Source: Candidatus Buchananbacteria bacterium (GTDB taxonomy: Bacteria > Patescibacteriota > Patescibacteriia > 2-01-FULL-39-33). From it: DNA of 64,000 nt. The translations under genes and the position numbers were made by a program. The stretch covers positions 16,812 through 80,811 of the forward strand of contig JAUSEE010000007.1 in NCBI GenBank assembly GCA_030650095.1, read 5' to 3'. The notes under the pieces are model-generated. The model had not been told where the DNA came from, did no database searches, and worked only from the letters and a program-made list of their open reading frames with translations. Position 1 is the stretch's first letter, and each line of letters begins with the position of its first letter. Positions 9,401-16,389 of the stretch are shown here, one piece after another.

Positions 9401-12400
9401 TCTAAGAGCCAATTTATATCTTGAATATCGCCCAAACGCTTGGTATCACGGGCTAATTTGGTTTTATTGGAAGTGCAAGCTCCGGCCTCTACCGCGTCAC
9501 AATCGCTGCTGTCCCAACACTTATAAGAGTCATCGCCTTCGCAAGTGCCAATATTAGGTATGCCTCCGGCAAAAACCGAACCGACATTGAATTTCATAAA
9601 TTGAGCCATCTGAGCATAGATATTTTGCGTATCACTGTCCGCTCCCTCGCTGTAGGAAATTAAATAAATATTAGGATACAGGGCTCGAGCGTTGGTCGGT
9701 CGACCGTCTGGGCCGGCTGTGTCCGGCTCAACATTTATAGCATTAGCATAAATGGTTCGTCCTTCTTTAATAGCTTCATAACCGTTAACGGTTAAGCTTT
9801 GCGGATTGCCTTGGCGCGTAGGATCAAAATTCTCTCGATACCAAACCAGGGGTGAATAATGGTTGTCATTGGCTACCACCCTTATGCCCACGGCATCGCT
9901 TTTGTCGGTTCTTTGCAATAAAAATTCTTTTTTAAACGGATTACCGCCATAAACTATGGTGCTGGTATCCAAGTCCGGCAAATCGTCGGCCTCGCCCTCT
10001 TCGCCGTTATCACGACAATAATAAACTTCAAAATTGGTATTAGGACAAGGCGTGCCGCCGCAATTATCGGCTGCGTCACGATAAGGGAATGATCTGGGAG
10101 CTGGCCAAGGATTGGAACATAAAAATATTTTAATATTAACCTCTTTTTCTTTGGTAGAAGATGCGCCTTCGCCAGAGGGAGGATTTTGAGTGGCTCCAAC
10201 TGTTAGGACATCTTGGCCGTCTATAGCCCCAGTTACTCGGGCGCTTCTTAAATTAAGCCACTGATCACCGGAATAATCCGTTAGATCAAAATCAGATACG
10301 GCTAAATCAAACTTTGGCAAACCAGCTACATCCCAATTAAATCCGCCTTCGGCTTTGATTAAAAAGCCAGCGTCATTAACTGCCCAAGCCATATAAAGAT
10401 GCTGATTCTTGGCCAAATTAGGATCAATGGTGTTAGCGCCATCAACCCTTAAATAAGGAAAGTCGTAATCTTCGGTCGGTGCATCAACATTGGAACCGGA
10501 AGAAATATCGTTGTCGTAGCCATCGGCTGTATGAAGGCCGCAATCATCGCCCACGCAGAAAAAATTATCATCGTATTTTTCTTCGCCTCTGGGCCAGATT
10601 TCCACTTTAACATCACTGAGCTGGCAATATCTTTGAATTGTCACTTCTTTGGAAATTTTAGGCACATTATTTACAATCGGATCAAAATCTCCTTCGTAAA
10701 CACTTATTTTATATCTTTTATTCTTTTCCCAATAGCCGTTTTTAATGAAGCTGTAAATATGGCTATCCTGATTCATATATTCCAATCTTTCTTCAAAATT
10801 AGTGGCGTTTTGACTAACCACCGAATAACCGGCGCCGCAGCCATCACTTGAACCGGCTGAAGCGCTACTAGTAAAAAATTGGGAGATAGCTAATTTTATT
10901 TTGGAAATAATCTTGCCCCAGATAGTATCATCCGACATGGCTAAAGCGTCTCTTTTGCAAATAAAAATACTATTGGCGCTAATATCGCCTCGTTTGGCTA
11001 AAACCTGCCAAATGCCATTGGAACAATTATTCATATTAATGATTACTGCCGGATCATTAACCGCCGAGAAGGTCCAGGAGAAACTGTCGGCTTGACCGGC
11101 TTCCACTAAATCATTGCCGCAAACGGAATTATAAGCGACATTTGAGCCTTCTAAAAGACAAGTGCTGCCACAGCCGTCGTTAGTATTTTTATTGCTGTCA
11201 TCGCAATCTTCGCCTTGTTCTTTGATGCCATTGCCACACACTGGAACATTGGCAGAGGAACCACTGGGACGACCGGATTCTTTTAGACAAATACTGGAAC
11301 AGCCATCGCTGGAAGTGGTATTGCCATCATCGCAATTCTCGCCATATTCAATACTGGCGTTGCCGCAAAGTGATCCCCACCTATCGCTAGAGCCCTCCCA
11401 CAAACAATTCGATCCACAGCCATCATCACCATTGGCATTTCTATCGTCGCATTCTTCTTTGGCTGTTTCTACCACGCCATTGCCGCAAGAGGCTGTATTA
11501 TTATTGCCTTCATTATGGCAGGTGCCGCTGCAATAAGCAGATCCTGCCGGACACTCGGCAAACCGTCCGCCACATAGGTTAAGCAAGGGATTTAAAAGAC
11601 AACTGGCACCACAAACACCAGCTTGTTCTGTCCAAGGATAAATACCCGGTTCGCATTCCTCGCCTCCGCCTTCACCGGTGCTATTAAAATTCAATCTACT
11701 TAATTGGTTATTATTCCAAGCTATCAATCCATCTTCCCCGCCTTTTACAACTACCCTGTACTTTGATCCAATTTCATAATCAGTTGCTGATTTAACAGTG
11801 GTTTTTCTGGATAATTCCAAACCGCCGGAAGTTGGGGGCAAAACCGCCTCCAGTGTCTTAGGAGATAAATCAAACACCGGACAATCATTATTGCTGGTGT
11901 ATAAATATCCAACCTCGTTAGAAGTTAGAGCTCTGTCGTAAAATCTGACATCATCAATTAAGCCATTCCACATGCCGTGAATATTGTTATCAGCCCGATG
12001 GCCGATTCTACTTGGAACACCGGGGCTATAAGCTACAGATGCTGGTACATTAGTTATATCTTGAGCAACCAGTGCTCCATTTATATATAGTCTAACAGAC
12101 TGGCCCGGCTGATAAACACCCACGACATGCGTCCATTTATTTAAATTATCACTAAAGAAATTATTTTTATTGGCAATAGCAAAATTACCACTGCTATCAT
12201 AAACAATAAACTGAAAATGATCGGGTGGCGGACAAGGGCTTTCCTCATTTCCGGTACAACCCCAGAGATCACCCAATAAAAATCCTCGCTTCTTAGCGTC
12301 ATCTTCGTCATAATCATAATTAGAAAATACTACCCGGCCTAAGGGACTTTCCGGAGCCATCGGTTTCACCCAAGCCGAAACAGTTAGAGCGCCGGTGACT

Positions 12401-15400
12401 TTCAAATTATTATTTGTTATCTCAACATATTGTCCGGCATTACCTCGAAAGTTAAGCGCTTGGCCAAAATAGCCGGCAACATAAGAGAGACCTTTCACCA
12501 CCGCCTCATTGGAATTGCCAGAATTATCACTGGCGCTATTATCAAATTGATAATAAGCTTCGGCGTTAGTGCATTGATAAAGTTTAACATTATCGTTAAT
12601 CCTAAATGAGCTCATTTTAGCATCAATGTTAAAATCAATATTGATCAGCCTGTCTTCAAAATGAGTCAAATCCCTAGGACTGTATTTTATGACTGCCAGT
12701 TCGCCATAGCCAACCTGCAAATGGCCATAACCCCAGCTGTTTCCAACGTCAGCTCTGATATTGGTTTCGCCGTCTAAGCCGGCGGTGGCAGTTTGGACCG
12801 GATCAATTAAGCTATCGCTAAAGCCGCCGCAAATGCCAGTTTGAACATTTAATTTGGTAATGGAAGCTATGAGATCGCCGGTTTCACTGCTGTCGCCTAA
12901 TTCTATAAGCGATCGCCAAGTCCAATTAAGGAGACAGCGAGCTAGAATATTACAATTGCTGGCCTGAGGAAAAGCGTCATACTGACTGGTTTGATTGACA
13001 AATTCCAAGAAATTTTCGGCCGGGGTAACTTGAACCTCGCTAACCTCGCAAGTCTGAGTGCTGGTTTTAAAAACCCAATAATAATCATCAAAGTTATCGC
13101 CGTTATAATCCCAGCCGTCGCTTACCATAGGAATAATACTGTTTTCGGTTAACAAGACGCCATCAGGAATACCATCGCCGGAGCTATCGGCTCCGCCTAC
13201 CCCATCGGGACCGCCTAGAATAATCACCCGATACCACATATTAGAATCCAAATACTCATCAGCGGTTGCCTCTCCTTCCAAATCTTGGCTATTTATATCA
13301 ATAACAAAACCTTCGGCTGTGCCTTGGCCAAATTGATTGCTGCCGGCCAATAAATCTTCAACATTAACACTATGGCTATAGGTAAATATCCTTAAGCTGG
13401 AAGCTTCGGCTATTTTGATGCTTTTACAAGCCGGGAAAGCATCTTCAAAATCATCGCTGCCGTCGCATCTTTCCACAATAATATTGCCGTTGGCCGTGTC
13501 ATAGCCTTCGGTAATATTAGTGACTGTGTTTAGGGTTAAGCTGGGATTATCCATATCACGGCTGAACCTAGCAGCAATAAGAGCATTGCGGCAAGCATCT
13601 TTGGAATTAATCCAAGGAGTAGGGCTTTGGATAGATCCTCTGGAACAGAAAGCGCTTTCCATAACCACTGGATTGGTAAAATCAGTAATCACCCGGCAAT
13701 AATCATTTTGGCCGGTTTGCGTTAATTCGGCCAACACTTTGGTGAAACCAGGAATAAGATTATAATTTTCGCCGTAAGCCGTGCCTATTTGCTCCGGCTC
13801 TCCGCCAGTATTGGTTATTTGAACCTTAGATTCGTCTTCCGAAGACCAATCCCAATTATAAGCCCAGGGATCGATCATCAAGCAGACATTATCCTTACTG
13901 ATAAGATCAGTGCTGAATTGCTGTGTTTGGAAATAATAATTTAAAGTTTTAGGATCGGGATTGCATTCCGGACAGCCCGGATCACAATAAGCATTGGTTG
14001 TCCTGGTTTGAAAATTCCAGCAATAAACCGCATCAGTTATGCCGGAGACATTGCAAAATCTGTCGGCTACGACTTGATTATTAACAGCCATATCCACATT
14101 AAACAAACTCTTGATGCCACTGGTTAAAACAATTTTATACCAAGAACCAGCTTCAAAAGTAGCCGGACTGCTTATAGTGGGACTGCCGAATTTAAAATAA
14201 TCCCTTACGCCGTTGTCGGCCGGATAAACTGCAACCTCCCCTGTCACCAGAGTACAACTGGTGCCTTCTTTAGTGGTGCATTTATAAACTCTAACATGAT
14301 CTTCAACTGATTGGGCATTCATTTTTTGAGTGAACCGCGCCGAGATAGTGGCATTAATGCAAGCCTTAGGATCCTGGATTGATAATTCCGGATGAATAAT
14401 TGGATCCCAACCTTCGGTGGCTCCGACACCTTCATACCACGGAGCAGGACTGGGCAGTTTCTGATTGGGATAACAAGAAGCGACACGGCTGCAATCTTCT
14501 ATGACTTGCGGCGGTGTAAAACCATAGCCGTTGCCGTAGATAAAGGCCCAAGCAAAAATAGATTGGACAGCCGGATCAACTGTTACTCCCGGTGAACAAG
14601 TCGGATCAGTTTTTGTGCAAACAGCATCATCCCAACTACCGCTAACCGGGCAAACTTCGGTAGCTGTACAAGGAGAGAAATCGTCGCAACTTCTGGAGAA
14701 CCCAGGTTCGCAAGCATTGACTACCACTTGGCAGGTACAACTTTGGTTGGGATCGCAAAATAATCCGGTGTTACAAACATTGGCCGCCGAACAAACACTG
14801 GCTCCAGGTTCACCGCAAGGATCGCCTATTTCGCCACGGCTGATTATAAAATTATAATAATTGCTATATTCTGTACCATTATAAATCCTAATACTGGTGG
14901 TGCCTACGCCGCTTTCCGGCACTATGTCGCTAGCTAAAATGGAGCTAAGCCAGTCTACTTCCGGACTGGAAAAAATATCCGGTTGGAAATTCCACTGGAC
15001 TTGGCCGTCGGGAGAAGTGGGAAAATTATTACCGGCAATTTCTATCGGATTAGGATTAACCCCATAAACAGGGTCAATGGAACAAATACCCGGACGTTCT
15101 ATAGTGTTAACTGTAAATTCCTTAGAGTTGCTGGTTAAGCCGATATCATTTTCCACCACAACTTGATAATTATCCAAATCCACAGTGGGAACTTTGAAAA
15201 CAATTTGAGTATCGGTCCAGCCATTGATACAATCAGTGGCCGCATTGATTTCGCCATAAGCCACTATAACATCATCTTTTATCAGCATAACCGATCCAGG
15301 ACCAGCGCCAAAATGTCGTCCCCAAATAGTAATATAATTATCAACAGCTCCGTTATTCGGCTCCAGACTGTAAATAACCGGAGCAAAAGCACAAGTGCCA

Positions 15401-16380
15401 TCGTGCAGACAAACACCGGAAGCACAATCACTATCCTCGGTACAGCTGCCACCATCGCAAGCGCCGCAATAATCATCACCTAAAACAGCCGGATCGCCGC
15501 CGCAATCAACGCCGGTTTCGCCTTGGTCTTGAACATTATTAAAACAATGCAAGGGTTTGATAATAGTTTTGACTTCGCGAGATTCAATTGTCTTATCACC
15601 AGATAATAAGGCTGATATTTTAGCTTTATACTGATCATTAATAGCATAAGAGAGTGAATTCCAAGAAGCAAAAACATTATTAACAATTTCCTGATCTGTC
15701 GGCACATCAGAAAACGGGCTCTGAGCGGTAAAAGAACCGGCCAAAGGCGCCGTAAATAATTCCATGCTGACAACAGTGCCATCGCGATTTTTGGCATAGC
15801 CTCCCACCTTTAAATTTTCGCTATTGGGTATTCTAGCCACGCCGCTAAAAGCGGAGCCGATAATCCTCGACCAAGGAATGGAATCATCCTTGAATTTATT
15901 TATATAAGTGTATTGATTAGAAGTGCTGGGCGTACAAGGCGGATTATCGCAAGTGGGCGTACAAGGCGGCGTGGGGCAAGAATCAGTGGGACAATCCGCG
16001 CCCTGGCAGGTTGGTATGATACTGATGACAAAAGTAGCGATAAGAAAAGCCGACAAAATAATTATCAGTCCGATAACAGCCGAAATTAGTGTTCTTTTGG
16101 CTTTAGCTATTTTGTTAGCATCACCACCAGCCGTCATCCAAAGATAACCGCCCCACATAATTATAATTACTGCCACCAAGCCTAAAAATCCTAAGATAAA
16201 CCTGATGATATTAATTATAGTAATTCGTAGATCACCTTGAGCTAAGCCAACGCCGGCGGCGTTTTCCAAGCCAAACCGATCTTGAGCTAAAGCTAAATTA
16301 AAAATGCCAAAAACGCCAATAACCACAAAAGCTATAAGCGTTGATAAAATAATTTTTTTAATTGTCTTATTTAATCTCAT
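6448..16380 (-). CDS. Giant (3310 aa) secreted, membrane-anchored multidomain surface protein. It has a VirB2/TrbC-pilin-like N-terminal 2-TM module, a Cys/Pro linker, Cys-rich (Myxococcus-type) repeats, a LamG/concanavalin-like domain, TSP3 repeats and a vWA domain.
   Basis: Single 9.9-kb ORF. N-terminus: ...NLALAQ DRFGL..AAGVGLAQGDLR..FILGFLGLVAVIIIMWGGYLWMTAGGD..KAK..VIGLIIILSAF. LamG end motif LIDDVRFYDRALTSNEV at about nt 11.9-12.6 kb. CGNG..E.CDDGN..DGC repeats at about 11.1-11.5 kb and 8.1-8.4 kb. TSP3 repeats DSDGD..DNCPNDYNP at about 8.45-8.8 kb. vWA MIDAS motif DLSASM ... VVLMSDGQATN at about 7.17-7.56 kb. Confidence 0.8.
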   Translation of the reverse strand: MRLNKTIKKIILSTLIAFVVIGVFGIFNLALAQDRFGLENAAGVGLAQGDLRITIINIIRFILGFLGLVAVIIIMWGGYLWMTAGGDANKIAKAKRTLISAVIGLIIILSAFLIATFVISIIPTCQGADCPTDSCPTPPCTPTCDNPPCTPSTSNQYTYINKFKDDSIPWSRIIGSAFSGVARIPNSENLKVGGYAKNRDGTVVSMELFTAPLAGSFTAQSPFSDVPTDQEIVNNVFASWNSLSYAINDQYKAKISALLSGDKTIESREVKTIIKPLHCFNNVQDQGETGVDCGGDPAVLGDDYCGACDGGSCTEDSDCASGVCLHDGTCAFAPVIYSLEPNNGAVDNYITIWGRHFGAGPGSVMLIKDDVIVAYGEINAATDCINGWTDTQIVFKVPTVDLDNYQVVVENDIGLTSNSKEFTVNTIERPGICSIDPVYGVNPNPIEIAGNNFPTSPDGQVQWNFQPDIFSSPEVDWLSSILASDIVPESGVGTTSIRIYNGTEYSNYYNFIISRGEIGDPCGEPGASVCSAANVCNTGLFCDPNQSCTCQVVVNACEPGFSRSCDDFSPCTATEVCPVSGSWDDAVCTKTDPTCSPGVTVDPAVQSIFAWAFIYGNGYGFTPPQVIEDCSRVASCYPNQKLPSPAPWYEGVGATEGWDPIIHPELSIQDPKACINATISARFTQKMNAQSVEDHVRVYKCTTKEGTSCTLVTGEVAVYPADNGVRDYFKFGSPTISSPATFEAGSWYKIVLTSGIKSLFNVDMAVNNQVVADRFCNVSGITDAVYCWNFQTRTTNAYCDPGCPECNPDPKTLNYYFQTQQFSTDLISKDNVCLMIDPWAYNWDWSSEDESKVQITNTGGEPEQIGTAYGENYNLIPGFTKVLAELTQTGQNDYCRVITDFTNPVVMESAFCSRGSIQSPTPWINSKDACRNALIAARFSRDMDNPSLTLNTVTNITEGYDTANGNIIVERCDGSDDFEDAFPACKSIKIAEASSLRIFTYSHSVNVEDLLAGSNQFGQGTAEGFVIDINSQDLEGEATADEYLDSNMWYRVIILGGPDGVGGADSSGDGIPDGVLLTENSIIPMVSDGWDYNGDNFDDYYWVFKTSTQTCEVSEVQVTPAENFLEFVNQTSQYDAFPQASNCNILARCLLNWTWRSLIELGDSSETGDLIASITKLNVQTGICGGFSDSLIDPVQTATAGLDGETNIRADVGNSWGYGHLQVGYGELAVIKYSPRDLTHFEDRLINIDFNIDAKMSSFRINDNVKLYQCTNAEAYYQFDNSASDNSGNSNEAVVKGLSYVAGYFGQALNFRGNAGQYVEITNNNLKVTGALTVSAWVKPMAPESPLGRVVFSNYDYDEDDAKKRGFLLGDLWGCTGNEESPCPPPDHFQFIVYDSSGNFAIANKNNFFSDNLNKWTHVVGVYQPGQSVRLYINGALVAQDITNVPASVAYSPGVPSRIGHRADNNIHGMWNGLIDDVRFYDRALTSNEVGYLYTSNNDCPVFDLSPKTLEAVLPPTSGGLELSRKTTVKSATDYEIGSKYRVVVKGGEDGLIAWNNNQLSRLNFNSTGEGGGEECEPGIYPWTEQAGVCGASCLLNPLLNLCGGRFAECPAGSAYCSGTCHNEGNNNTASCGNGVVETAKEECDDRNANGDDGCGSNCLWEGSSDRWGSLCGNASIEYGENCDDGNTTSSDGCSSICLKESGRPSGSSANVPVCGNGIKEQGEDCDDSNKNTNDGCGSTCLLEGSNVAYNSVCGNDLVEAGQADSFSWTFSAVNDPAVIINMNNCSNGIWQVLAKRGDISANSIFICKRDALAMSDDTIWGKIISKIKLAISQFFTSSASAGSSDGCGAGYSVVSQNATNFEERLEYMNQDSHIYSFIKNGYWEKNKRYKISVYEGDFDPIVNNVPKISKEVTIQRYCQLSDVKVEIWPRGEEKYDDNFFCVGDDCGLHTADGYDNDISSGSNVDAPTEDYDFPYLRVDGANTIDPNLAKNQHLYMAWAVNDAGFLIKAEGGFNWDVAGLPKFDLAVSDFDLTDYSGDQWLNLRSARVTGAIDGQDVLTVGATQNPPSGEGASSTKEKEVNIKIFLCSNPWPAPRSFPYRDAADNCGGTPCPNTNFEVYYCRDNGEEGEADDLPDLDTSTIVYGGNPFKKEFLLQRTDKSDAVGIRVVANDNHYSPLVWYRENFDPTRQGNPQSLTVNGYEAIKEGRTIYANAINVEPDTAGPDGRPTNARALYPNIYLISYSEGADSDTQNIYAQMAQFMKFNVGSVFAGGIPNIGTCEGDDSYKCWDSSDCDAVEAGACTSNKTKLARDTKRLGDIQDINWLLDDYHNQKRCSNDKFITCVNSAECYGGGTCGNFYPDLPSGTYISGRSFSVWPSWQATLGNVLGSALPVDPLNTSSGFDGCESPYDSITCWNDVAKSMQCPTAARVYAYFANNNGVIKNVYAFKEFISGSWRPADWSQVRFMDGDPFTLAVSSICRAFSGTCGDGIEDLDGPDNNPSTLEDNEDCSTCPFDVVCSSGNSCRQTGATWSCTPDSVDIDSDGDSILNASDNCPNDYNPKVGTPPTQPDTDSDNIGNACDNCASIKNGSSASLATCFDRNGDGNLGPLEKSACNQADNDGDTVGNACDNCPNDYNPDQAPDACVLPDCGDSVVQAGEACDDGNNTNAGTCNAQCSAATFCGDSVIQGLNGRGQSETCDDGNGFSGDGCSNVCAIEPNWTCSGLPSTCIVPLCGDGLKQATETCDCGDAVGPLSGPSDCGNTGLTYTTHNIPPGANLNNYFMPFWNLTSVTRHYCTSACVDQTVIFPYCHDGEWNAINEQCEGTKPDGSPTLSDGSFGWGEGESSTNQWACNNVCQDSGGWCGDGTVQAAQEQCEPGVGTYGHLCQSSCNWQACPPYDNSVLTLSAFSGSPSLATISGVPACNEFNKLKANFTINATIPKAIIVFVNDLSASMVIGEDKLTPLKSSLVTTIEDIFEAIPDAEIGLVSFVLRAQNDVSSSQCSDTLCGVDQIDVLRGIVNAYEADSGYNSWSGTNPSDALVKAQEIISSATTPNNLALNKYVVLMSDGQATNMLDCGDDENNYPNCRKTYVSDGGGGCLIRGGRYRYNCNVYGRPDGINFASNIKNYPLDPSIPKTLIYSVSYGADADPVELNKISSNDGDGSCGSGFCYFGDTGNLTALYNSIISNIMDNLKVNFDVAIDTATTHFSVNIPVSGSASLTGQEINLPAGFCTDNGNNRRVSVSGAGFDFSMSNLNLGYCPYYPGYVALETEAVGGNVAGIAEEASGPNKLFNLINVIGNLLFNFLGRIFRM

Positions 16381-16389
16381 AAATGAAAA

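Noticed and set aside
7668-15797. Numerous track ORFs (e.g. 8099..8467, 8299..8556, 10531..10851, 11162..11536, 15163..15483) on either strand inside the 3310-aa gene, and 17365..18951 inside the 970-aa gene
   Set aside because: They lie in alternative frames of, or antisense to, a continuous 9.9-kb (or 2.9-kb) ORF with coherent domain content. They are low-complexity translations typical of frame-shifted Cys/Gly/Thr-rich coding DNA.
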